From assembly GCA_037133015.1 (NCBI GenBank), contig JBAXOX010000011.1, positions 4,479 to 68,478 on the forward strand: a stretch of DNA of 64,000 nucleotides, in the 5' to 3' direction. This DNA comes from Acidobacteriota bacterium. Its GTDB lineage: Bacteria > Acidobacteriota > Vicinamibacteria > Vicinamibacterales > JAKQTR01. This document shows, in pieces, positions 55,290 to 63,107 of this stretch. The notes below the pieces were generated by a model, which was given only the letters and a program-made list of their open reading frames with translations, was not told the DNA's origin and searched no databases. How positions within the stretch are numbered: position 1 is the first letter of the stretch; every line of letters begins with the position of its first letter. A program made the position numbers and the translations under genes.

Positions 55290-56423
55290 ATGATCAGCCG
55301 ACCCTTCTGGCAGCGCCGGCTCGAGCAAGCGTGGCACGACGCCCCGATTGCCTGGCTCTGCGGGGTTCGTCGCTCCGGGAAGACCACACTCGCAGCGGCC
55401 CTCGGATCCAAGCGGATGTTCCATGTGAACTGTGACCTGCCGGTGACGGAAGACATGGTTCGGGACCCGCAGGTCTTCTTCCGCTCCGTCGGCAGACCCG
55501 TCGTCGTCTTTGACGAGATCCACCAACTTCGGGACCCTGCCCGCCTCCTGAAGATCGGCGCAGACGGGTTTCCGAAGCTGAAGATCCTCGCGACCGGTTC
55601 GTCGGCGCTTGCCGCCAGCAGGAAGTTCCGCGACACGTTGACGGGGCGGAAGCGGACGGTCCACCTGCTTCCTGTTCTGTGGGAAGAGCTCGACGCCTTC
55701 GGCGTGACGCTGACCGATCGCCTGTTCCGAGGCGGGCTGCCGCCCGCGCTGCTCGCCGACGCCAAGACCCCGGCGTTCTACCGGGAGTGGCTGGATTCGT
55801 TCTTCGCGCGGGACATCCAGCGCCTCTTCGGATTCCGGGACATCAACCGCTTCAACGCGTTCTTCGAGTACGTCCTGCGGCAAAGCGGCGGGCAATTCGA
55901 GATCACCTCCGCCTCGCGCGACCTTGGCATTACGCGACCCACGGTCGAGAGCCATCTGCGTGCGCTCGAGATCACACATGCAGCCACGGCGATTCGGCCG
56001 TTCCATGGCGGGGGTCAGAACGAGCTGACCAAGCAGCCAAAGGTCTATGCGTTCGACACCGGGATGGTGAGTTTCGCGCGCGGGTGGGACCCGCTCCGCC
56101 CCGACGACCTCGGCGTGCTCTGGGAGCATCTGGTGCTCGAACACCTCCAGGCGCACGTCCCTGACACGCCCGTGCGCTATTGGCGGGACAAGGCCCAGCA
56201 CGAGCTCGACTTCGTGCTCGCGACTCGACGCAATGCCGTGGATGTCATCGAATGCACGTGGAATCCCGCCGACTTCGACGTCACGGCGCTTCGCGTCTTT
56301 CGCGGCTACTACCCCAATGGACGGAACTTCCTCGTCACACCATCCGGTGATCCGGCCTACACCAAACAGTTCGGCAGGCTGGACGTGCGCGTCTGCACAC
56401 CGAGCGGACTGCTGCTCACATAG
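55290..56423 (+). CDS. AAA-family ATPase with DUF4143-like C-terminal domain
   Basis: ATG at 55290 follows an unusually AT-rich stretch. Walker A GVRRSGKTT, Walker B VVVFDEIH. The C-terminal WEHLVLEHL...ELDFVL region matches AAA_14/DUF4143 proteins. Confidence 0.7.
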   Translation: MISRPFWQRRLEQAWHDAPIAWLCGVRRSGKTTLAAALGSKRMFHVNCDLPVTEDMVRDPQVFFRSVGRPVVVFDEIHQLRDPARLLKIGADGFPKLKILATGSSALAASRKFRDTLTGRKRTVHLLPVLWEELDAFGVTLTDRLFRGGLPPALLADAKTPAFYREWLDSFFARDIQRLFGFRDINRFNAFFEYVLRQSGGQFEITSASRDLGITRPTVESHLRALEITHAATAIRPFHGGGQNELTKQPKVYAFDTGMVSFARGWDPLRPDDLGVLWEHLVLEHLQAHVPDTPVRYWRDKAQHELDFVLATRRNAVDVIECTWNPADFDVTALRVFRGYYPNGRNFLVTPSGDPAYTKQFGRLDVRVCTPSGLLLT

Positions 56424-56570
56424 CCAGAGCCCTGGCGCCCAGGCGACTCACGACACAGAGGTTGCCGAGCACAGTTCAGACGTTATTCCTGATGACGAAT
56501 CGTGATCAGACGTGATCACAAGCGTGCGCCCGCGACGACTCTCGTCGCACATATTCGCGCACGCCCACCG

Positions 56571-59306
56571 CTACTTCTGCCCCGCCGCCAGCCAGTTGAC
56601 GACGACGGTGATGAAGGAGGAACTCCGGCGCTGTTCAAGCACTTTGACGAGAAATCGATTGCCGTCCTTGGCGACGGCGTACTGACGATGGTTGTTGCCC
56701 GTGCCGGTGCCGGAGTAAACAGCGCCGGTGGGAAAGAGCGCCTTGGGCACGCCGGCCTCGAAGTCCTTCGCCGTGGAGACGCTCGCCGACGTCAATGTGC
56801 CGTCCAATGCGAGAAAGAATAACTCTTTGCCGTCGTCCCGCCACATCGGCAACGTGCCGCCGTCGCGCGACACCATGTAACTGCCGCCCGCGGCGGGAAA
56901 CGGCCGGACGTAGACCTCGGGGCGGCGGGATTCGTTCGAGTCGTACGCGATCCAGCGCCCGTCCGGCGAGAATGCTGCGTTGTCCTCGTCGTACGGCGTC
57001 CGCAGGAAGAGCACGGGTTTCGTGTCGCCGGAGAGCGGAAGCAACCACAGGTCGAAGCCCGTTGCGGTGGCCTGATCGCTGTACGCGAGCAAGCGCCCGT
57101 CGCGCGACCAGTCCGTCACGTAGTTCGGCGTATCCGACTTCAACGCCAGTTTCTCCGGGCTGCTTTGGTTTGCCGGCCTGATGAAGATGTTCGCCGGACC
57201 ACCTCGATTCGACACAAACGCAATCTGAGAGCCATCGGGTGACCAGACGGGCCCGAAATCGGCTGCCGGATCGAACGTGAAGCGCGAGGGCGCGGCGGCA
57301 CGCGCGAGGTCGATCAGCCAGACGTCGAGGTTGCCCGGCGACCCGGTCAGCAGCCCCACGGCCACGCGGCGCTCATCCGGACTGAGCGCAATGTTGTAGT
57401 AGGCCCCGATATCGCCTGCCGTGCCGAGCGGCGTGCCGGCCCGGTCGAGCCACGTGGGTCGTGCCGTTCGTCGTCCGCTGCCGGATACGTACGTCAGCAC
57501 GTTGCTCGTCGTCACCGAAAACGCGCCGTATGCCGTATCGTCGACGCCGACCTGCTCGGCCACCGACACCGCGTCCGCGGTCGTTTGCCGCGTGTTGACA
57601 TCGAACGACTGCGCCATCAGGCTCCCGCCGCGTGCGAACAACAGATGCCCCGCCGCGTACAGGCCATTCGAGTCCGATGGCGCGATGGCCACGCCCTCCT
57701 TCGAGTCGAGCGAGCCCGTGCGAATCTCGCCGGTCGTGCCGTCGCCGGTCCCGACGAAGTAGAGGAAATGGCGGCCGTCCGGCAGAAACGTCGCCCACCG
57801 GTGGGACGTCTCGCCTTTCGCGAGTGCCGTCACCGGCGCGGGTGCCCCGCCGGCCGACGTCACGCGCTGAAGCGGGCCGTTGAGGGTGGGGGAGAAGAGG
57901 ATGACGTTGTCGCGATTCCACGTGCCGCCCCGCTCGGACGGAGCATCGCAGAGCTCCGCCGGAGGTCCGCCGATCGCCGGCACCGTCTTCAACTTGTTGG
58001 CGCTGAAGAAGCCGATGGTTCGGCTATCGGGTGACCAGAACGGATGCGTGGCCCACTCGGTGCCCGGCAGGGGACGCGCCACGAGCGTCGAGAACGGCCG
58101 GATCCACAGCGCAAGGGCACCTCGCAGCGAGGCGACGAAGACAACCTGCCGTCCGTCGGGAGAGACGGCAAACTGCGGCGTCGGCCCGCCGAAGAGCGAA
58201 TTCTCCGGCGCGCCCATCGTGAACTGGATCGGATCCACCACCGGCGCGGCTTCGCGACGCTGCAGCACGATGATCGTCGCGGCGCCGACCAGCGCGACAC
58301 CGAGCACCGCGGCCGCGATCCACGCGAACCGCTCGCGGTTTCGCCGATGCGCGACGACGGGCGCGGGTACCCCGGCCGCGCTGCCACCATCGGCAATCCA
58401 CCGCAGTTGGAGCAGCAGGTCGTGTGCCGTCTGAAACCGGGCGTCGGGATCTTTTGCGAGGCATACACCGACGACGTGGTCGAGCGCGGGCGATGCCACC
58501 GGAGTCATCTGACTGACTGGCGGGGGCTGCTCCTTGAGAATCGCGCCGAGCAGGCCCGCTTGGCTCTTGCCGGCAAACGCGCGACGGCCTGTGAGCATCT
58601 CGAAGAGCACGGCGCCAAACGCGAAGATATCGGTGCGGGCGTCGGCTTCCTCGCCTTCGATCTGCTCGGGCGCCATGTACTGGAAGGTGCCGAGGATCGT
58701 GCCCTGGGCGGTGAGCGCCTGGCCGGGCGGCCTGGGTGACGTCGCGAGCGCGGTCGGTGCGGCCCCGGACACGGCGCCGGCCGGTCCGCTCTTCGCGAGG
58801 CCGAAGTCGAGCAACTTCGCCTGCGTGGCGTCCGATCGCGCGCCGCCCAATTTCACCAGCATGATGTTGCCGGGCTTCAGATCGCGATGCACGATGCCCT
58901 GTCGATGCGCCTTGTCGAGCGCGCTCGCGATCTCGGTTCCGATCTTGAGCGCGTCGGCCAGCGGCAGCGCGCCTCGCTCGAGCCGCGTGGCGAGCGTCTC
59001 GCCCTCGAGGTACTCCATCACGAGGTAGTCGACAACTGACCCGCCGGCTCCCTGGGGTGCGCCGGTCGACCCCACGTCGAACAGCGTGCAGATGTTCGGG
59101 TGATTCAGGGCCGAGATGCTTTTGGCTTCGCGCTCGAAACGGGCCTTGAAGTCGGGATCGGCGGCAAGCGCGGCGGGTAGAACCTTGATGGCGACCGTGC
59201 GATCAAGGCGCGTGTCGTTCGCCTTGTAGACCTCGCCCATTCCGCCGGCCCCGAGCGGTCCGAGGATTTCATAGGAGCCGAGCGTTGTTCCCGTGGCGAG
59301 CCTCAT
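56571..59306 (-). CDS. Membrane Ser/Thr protein kinase with TolB-like beta-propeller (paralog 3)
   Basis: GAGGMGEVYKAND, VAIKVL, HRDLKPGNI, DFGLAK, QYMAPEQ. TM segment FAWIAAAVLGVALVGAATIIVL. Propeller repeats WSPDS/LSPDE/WSPDG/FSPDG. The C-terminus reads ITVVVNWLAAGQK. Confidence 0.9.
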   Translation of the reverse strand: MRLATGTTLGSYEILGPLGAGGMGEVYKANDTRLDRTVAIKVLPAALAADPDFKARFEREAKSISALNHPNICTLFDVGSTGAPQGAGGSVVDYLVMEYLEGETLATRLERGALPLADALKIGTEIASALDKAHRQGIVHRDLKPGNIMLVKLGGARSDATQAKLLDFGLAKSGPAGAVSGAAPTALATSPRPPGQALTAQGTILGTFQYMAPEQIEGEEADARTDIFAFGAVLFEMLTGRRAFAGKSQAGLLGAILKEQPPPVSQMTPVASPALDHVVGVCLAKDPDARFQTAHDLLLQLRWIADGGSAAGVPAPVVAHRRNRERFAWIAAAVLGVALVGAATIIVLQRREAAPVVDPIQFTMGAPENSLFGGPTPQFAVSPDGRQVVFVASLRGALALWIRPFSTLVARPLPGTEWATHPFWSPDSRTIGFFSANKLKTVPAIGGPPAELCDAPSERGGTWNRDNVILFSPTLNGPLQRVTSAGGAPAPVTALAKGETSHRWATFLPDGRHFLYFVGTGDGTTGEIRTGSLDSKEGVAIAPSDSNGLYAAGHLLFARGGSLMAQSFDVNTRQTTADAVSVAEQVGVDDTAYGAFSVTTSNVLTYVSGSGRRTARPTWLDRAGTPLGTAGDIGAYYNIALSPDERRVAVGLLTGSPGNLDVWLIDLARAAAPSRFTFDPAADFGPVWSPDGSQIAFVSNRGGPANIFIRPANQSSPEKLALKSDTPNYVTDWSRDGRLLAYSDQATATGFDLWLLPLSGDTKPVLFLRTPYDEDNAAFSPDGRWIAYDSNESRRPEVYVRPFPAAGGSYMVSRDGGTLPMWRDDGKELFFLALDGTLTSASVSTAKDFEAGVPKALFPTGAVYSGTGTGNNHRQYAVAKDGNRFLVKVLEQRRSSSFITVVVNWLAAGQK

Positions 59307-59440
59307 CGCCCGCGACCCACAGGTGTCGTCGCTCGCCGTCGCTCGGAACGACTCTGAATCCGTCGACGTGTCGAGGGGCCTTCGCCCAGCTTGGCGAGGA
59401 TCTCGTACGGGCCGAGGCGAGCGCCGGGGACAAGGGGCAT
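59303..59440 (-). CDS. 45-codon upstream ORF mimicking a kinase N-terminus, ATGA-coupled to kinase paralog 3
   Basis: Hand reverse-complement gives MPLVPGARLGPYEILAKLGEGPSTRRRIQSRSERRRATTPVGRGR. It is colinear with the uORF at 5318 (12 of the first 18 aa identical, shared ERRRA in the Arg-rich tail). Its TGA overlaps the kinase ATG (TCAT at 59303-59306 on the plus strand). TATACT lies 14 nt upstream of its ATG. Confidence 0.5.
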   Translation of the reverse strand: MPLVPGARLGPYEILAKLGEGPSTRRRIQSRSERRRATTPVGRGR

Positions 59441-59503
59441 GTTGGGGTGGCAGGAGTATAGCACCGCAGCGAACGGCGCCCTGGCACGGGACTCAACGTC
59501 TCA

Positions 59504-59518
59504 GAGACCGACGGTCTC
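59504..59518. promoter_or_regulatory. Palindrome GAGACCG-A-CGGTCTC between the islet operon and the uORF/kinase unit
   Basis: A perfect 7-1-7 inverted repeat. The central gap is too tight for a normal terminator loop, so a protein-binding site is as likely as a terminator. Confidence 0.2.
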
Positions 59519-59548
59519 ATCGCCGTGTCACAGGGGATCCCGGGGAGA

Positions 59549-60085
59549 CTATTTCGGAAGGGTCCCCGTAATTACCCGTTTGAATGGGGCGCCATCCGCA
59601 ATCGGAAACCCGGACTGGCCCTGCTGAAATGTTAAGCCATTATTACCGAGGTACTTTGTGGTCTTCCCGTAGGCAGTACCCTGCAGGTGCAGAGTGCAGT
59701 GGTACTTTTCGGTGGCGCCGGAAAGCAATTGTGCCGTTGCGTTATCGACGAAGATTCCGACTTCCGCCTCGCCGCGAAAATCGATGCCGGTTTCCTTGGA
59801 CGTCGTCGTCGGAATCGCCCCGGTTGCTCCTCCTTTACCGTAGAAATTACTCTTGAGCAATCCCACCACACAGTCCACCTGATACTGATCGACCTCTGGC
59901 GGAATATGGGTCAAAACGATGGGAACGGTGAGTATGAAGTGTGGTCCCGGGATTGTTTTGTCCTTGCCTTCGGTGCTTGCGGTGGATGACGTGACTGGTC
60001 CCTGACCACCGGATGCCGCGTGAGACAGTTGGGTCGTGGATGGAATCAGGACCATCAGCGCGAACACGATATGTGCAGTTTTCAT
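59549..60085 (-). CDS. Secreted hypothetical protein (lower-GC gene)
   Basis: Signal peptide MKTAHIVFALMVLIPSTTQLSHAAS. 178 aa with no recognisable motif. Hand counts of six consecutive 60-nt lines give about 48-63 % G+C. Confidence 0.6.
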   Translation of the reverse strand: MKTAHIVFALMVLIPSTTQLSHAASGGQGPVTSSTASTEGKDKTIPGPHFILTVPIVLTHIPPEVDQYQVDCVVGLLKSNFYGKGGATGAIPTTTSKETGIDFRGEAEVGIFVDNATAQLLSGATEKYHCTLHLQGTAYGKTTKYLGNNGLTFQQGQSGFPIADGAPFKRVITGTLPK

Positions 60086-60121
60086 GTTGGCTCTCCTTGC
60101 TCGATCACCGTCGACATCTCT

Positions 60122-61264
60122 CTAGCGAATCGAACCCGTACCTGTCACGGTCATGGCATCAGTACGCAAGCGCTTGGGTACAAACGGCGGGCCTTCGGCC
60201 AATCCGCCGATGCCAGTCACGGTCAAATCCTCCGTTCGTCCGCGCCTGGGTACGAATGGCTGACCCTCGGTGAGTGCCCCGGTGCCCGCAACTTCCATCG
60301 TTTCGGTCGTTCCCCGCTTTGGATACGACGCACTCGCCGGCGTCGGGGTCGTTGCAGAAGCCGCATTCAGCGCGCCGGCTGACGACAGCAGGTTGCCGAA
60401 CGCCGCGCCGGCACCTGTGGTGAGGTTCTCGAAGGTGAATCCGACATAGATCATGCGTCCCCGGCCAACCGCCTGGCTGGTCGCCACGGGAACGGAGCGC
60501 GGACCTTTGCCGTCAGGGTCGAGCGTAGCGGAAAACAGCACCTGCGCGCTGGCCGGATTGAGGGCACTGACTTGGGTTTCCACGGGCGGCTTCTTCGCGA
60601 CGACGAAGTTGCTGCCGTCGGCCGAGGTGACCGCAACGTCCTTGAAACGCTGCAGCAGTCCGCGTCCGCCGCGCACGCCCAGAACGTCCTGCAAAAAAGC
60701 GGAGTCCTTCTTGTCCCAAAGCGCCGACCCGCCGGCGCCGAGCGCATTGTTCAGGTATCCCGGAGAAAACAGGATGACCGAGCCGCCAGTTTCCTGGAGA
60801 TAGGTACGCACCGTGGCTTCATCCCGAAGACTGATCACGGCCGTGTTGTCGCGATTTCCCCCGTTGGAGGCACCGGTGTACCAGATGATCAACGAATACG
60901 GCCGCAACCGATCGACGCCCGGGCCATCGGAATAGCGGGGAACGACGAAGGTATCGAACTTGAGCGACCGGTCTTGCAGCAACTGCCGGTAGAACGCATC
61001 AGACACCGACAAGCGCGAGTCGCCCGGATTGTTGTTGTTATCCGATTCGTCATCATCGACAAGAAGGACGCTTGCCGCCGCTTGACTGGTACCCGCCAGC
61101 CATGCCGAACGGGAAACGGACGGGCCCGTGGCGCCGACCGACGTCGCGCTCGGCGCAAGCGTGGTTGAATGCACGACCGCCAGAATCGCCAGCAACGATG
61201 CCTGCACGGTGGTCGCCCAATGTCGATCCGGGCGTCGCGTGGACGCGTCACTTGGCATAGACAC
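60122..61264 (-). CDS. Secreted/anchored hypothetical protein with C-terminal 24-aa tandem repeats
   Basis: 380 aa with an N-terminal hydrophobic segment (ASLLAILAVV). The central region (VLLVDDDESDNNNNPG...LIIWYTGASNGG...VILFSPGYL) resembles a class-I glutamine-amidotransferase-like/ThuA-like fold; this is a weak guess. It lies 36 nt upstream of the 59549 gene. Confidence 0.6.
   Translation of the reverse strand: MSMPSDASTRRPDRHWATTVQASLLAILAVVHSTTLAPSATSVGATGPSVSRSAWLAGTSQAAASVLLVDDDESDNNNNPGDSRLSVSDAFYRQLLQDRSLKFDTFVVPRYSDGPGVDRLRPYSLIIWYTGASNGGNRDNTAVISLRDEATVRTYLQETGGSVILFSPGYLNNALGAGGSALWDKKDSAFLQDVLGVRGGRGLLQRFKDVAVTSADGSNFVVAKKPPVETQVSALNPASAQVLFSATLDPDGKGPRSVPVATSQAVGRGRMIYVGFTFENLTTGAGAAFGNLLSSAGALNAASATTPTPASASYPKRGTTETMEVAGTGALTEGQPFVPRRGRTEDLTVTGIGGLAEGPPFVPKRLRTDAMTVTGTGSIR
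60125..60322 (-). repeat. 72-bp (24-aa) tandem repeat, 2.75 copies, inside the 3' end of the CDS
   Basis: PKRGTTETMEVAGTGALTEGQPFV / PRRGRTEDLTVTGIGGLAEGPPFV / PKRLRTDAMTVTGTGSIR. Each unit begins with P-(K/R)-R. Confidence 0.8.
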
Positions 61265-61446
61265 ACACGCTCGAATAGAAATTGTCCGCGTTGAATTCGT
61301 ACGCAGTATTTCAGAATACCGGTGCGAGGGTCAATTGGGAGCCGGTTGCCGAGATCGCCTGAGTGTGACGACCGACCGTGGAGAGCAGTGGGGTGACGCC
61401 GCGCCACCCCACCCTGACGATTTCCTCGAAGAGCGGTCGGTACGGC

Positions 61447-61941
61447 CTACTGCTTGTCGTACACGACCACCGAGTTGACAGTCTGCCCCGCGGCATTCGT
61501 GCCCGTGCCCGCGATGGTGTCCATCTTCCCATCGCTGGACACCGTGTGGGTCTGAGTGACGGTGACCTTTCCACCCTTCTTGTAGATGTATCTCGTCGTA
61601 TTGGCATCGAGACGGGTGGCAGCCACGATATCGCCATACGCACAGTTGCCCGTGATGGGGTTGTCCTTCCCGTCGTAGCTGGCCGAGTATGCCCACTTCG
61701 CCACAGTGCCGTCCGCACTCACCGAGTCAACTTTGACCTTGAAGCCAGCGCCCGCCGCCTCTACTGTGAAGGCGGCGCTCTTGGGTGCCTTGCCCGCGCT
61801 GTATTTCGACGTCGCCAGATTGATCTTCCAGGTGCCGATCATTGAATTACTGGACTGCGCGAACGCCGCGCCTCCAAGCAGAACCACCAACCCACATGCG
61901 ACGACCGCGAATAGACACGCCTGACGGATTCTTGCCTGCAT
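61447..61941 (-). CDS. Small secreted lipocalin-like protein (paralog B)
   Basis: MQARIRQACLFAVVACGLVVLLGGAAFAQ followed by IGTWKINLATSKY. It is colinear with paralog A along its whole length. Confidence 0.7.
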   Translation of the reverse strand: MQARIRQACLFAVVACGLVVLLGGAAFAQSSNSMIGTWKINLATSKYSAGKAPKSAAFTVEAAGAGFKVKVDSVSADGTVAKWAYSASYDGKDNPITGNCAYGDIVAATRLDANTTRYIYKKGGKVTVTQTHTVSSDGKMDTIAGTGTNAAGQTVNSVVVYDKQ

Positions 61942-61982
61942 GGGAACCTCTCGTTCTCTGGTGCCGACGTTGACGCTGAGTG

Positions 61983-62058
61983 GTGACGGATGGGCGAGTC
62001 TACTTCAACTCCAGCGAGTGAGCGCGGAGAAATCCGACAGGAGAAATCCGACGACGCA
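61983..62058 (-). promoter_or_regulatory. Second copy of the conserved leader/promoter element, two 12-mer repeats
   Basis: It contains the same 58-nt block as 52362-52419 (4 substitutions). GAGAAATCCGAC occurs at 62027-62038 and 62041-62052, a 14-bp period. Confidence 0.5.
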
Positions 62059-62088
62059 GCGCGTCGCGGTCGCCTTGGCGAATGCGCC

Positions 62089-62244
62089 TCAGCGTCTCAG
62101 CGCCTCCGCATCGTTGAGGACGACCGTGACCGGCGGGGTCGAGACCGCCCTCTTCTCGCCGGTTGTGGTCGTGAGTACGAGAAAACGCTGCGCGTCGGGC
62201 GCGACCCCAACCAGATCAGAAAGCCGCAGGTTGACCCCAATCCG
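62089..62244 (-). pseudogene. 3'-terminal remnant of a fourth TolB-propeller Ser/Thr kinase gene
   Basis: Hand translation gives RIGVNLRLSDLVGVAPDAQRFLVLTTTTGEKRAVSTPPVTVVLNDAEALRR-stop. This matches the kinase C-termini (FTVAPDGNHFVMIED...LNLVTNWTTELRR; YAVAKDGNRFLVKV...ITVVVNW). An in-frame TAA lies at 62245-62247. No kinase or propeller sequence lies upstream; hicB starts at 62293. Confidence 0.55.
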
Positions 62245-62292
62245 TTAGCTGGACTGGCATAACGGCGACGCCTGAGTCAGAATGGTGGTGCC

Positions 62293-62490
62293 ATGAAATA
62301 CAAAGTCGCCCTGAGAAAGTCGAAGGAAGGCTACAGCGTTTCGTGTCCCGGCCTGCCGGGTTGCTGGTCGCAAGGCAAGACCGAACGAGAGGCCCTCGAG
62401 CACATCCAATTTGCCATTCGGGAGTACCTCGAAGCGGTCGCCATCATCTCAAAACACTCCAAGATTCGGGAAGTGGAAGTCGCGATATAA
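62293..62490 (+). CDS. hicB: HicB-family antitoxin (short, UPF0150-type)
   Basis: MKYKVALRKSKEGYSVSCPGLPGCWSQGKTEREALEHIQFAIREYLEAV is the typical HicB N-terminal domain. G+C is visibly low (~48 % on the line I counted). Confidence 0.8.
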   Translation: MKYKVALRKSKEGYSVSCPGLPGCWSQGKTEREALEHIQFAIREYLEAVAIISKHSKIREVEVAI

Positions 62491-62496
62491 ACGGCC

Positions 62497-62709
62497 GTGT
62501 CAAAGCTAACCGGTGTCAATCATCTTCGGGCGGTTCGAGCTCTCGAGAAGGCCGGGTTCACCATTGCCACCCAAGGCAAACACATCGTGATGACTGACGG
62601 CACTCGAATCGTCACGGTGCCTCGCAACAATCCGGTCAACCAATACACGACGGGCGGTATCGTTCGCGACGCCGGCATCACAATCGAGCAGTTCAAGAAG
62701 TTGCTCTGA
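62497..62709 (+). CDS. hicA: HicA-family mRNA interferase toxin
   Basis: 70 aa. LRAVRALEKAGFTIATQGKHIVMTDG..IVTVPRNNP...GGIVRDAGITIEQFKKLL fits the YcfA/HicA dsRBD-like pattern. It starts 6 nt after hicB. Confidence 0.75.
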   Translation: MSKLTGVNHLRAVRALEKAGFTIATQGKHIVMTDGTRIVTVPRNNPVNQYTTGGIVRDAGITIEQFKKLL

Positions 62710-63107
62710 ACCAACCGATCAGCTTGCGCGAAGGGCCGGGCGCGTCATATTGATCGCGGTTGCCCTTCGACTCGCTTCGCTCGCTCCCTTCGACGGTGCG
62801 CAGGGAGCCCCGAGTATGGCCGAGGGGCTCAGGACGCCATTCGCCTCGGTCTCGAGACAAGACAGAACAGCAGGGTTTACCCGTCCACCGAAACCGACCA
62901 GGCCCACCTGTTCCTGCGCGGGTGGCGTGACCTGTCCTGTCACACCTGTCGCGTATCCTCTACATGGAGCCGGAAGCCGTTCGAACCGCCCCGTGCGAGC
63001 CCCCGGACCGGGGCCAAACACCGTAGCACCGAGCCCGACTGGCTGTCTTCGCTGGCGCCGTGCTCCCCGGGTTCGTGCTTCCCGTTTATCAGGCACGAGG
63101 AGGACCC

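Noticed and set aside
62970-62995. GTTCGAAC, a T-loop-like sequence suggesting a tRNA or tmRNA 3' end.
   Set aside because: The flanking bases do not form a T-stem, and no acceptor, D or anticodon arms can be drawn. I also found no tRNA-like cloverleaf in the other larger spacers (5001-5317, 24165-24471, 45378-45989, 51601-51829).
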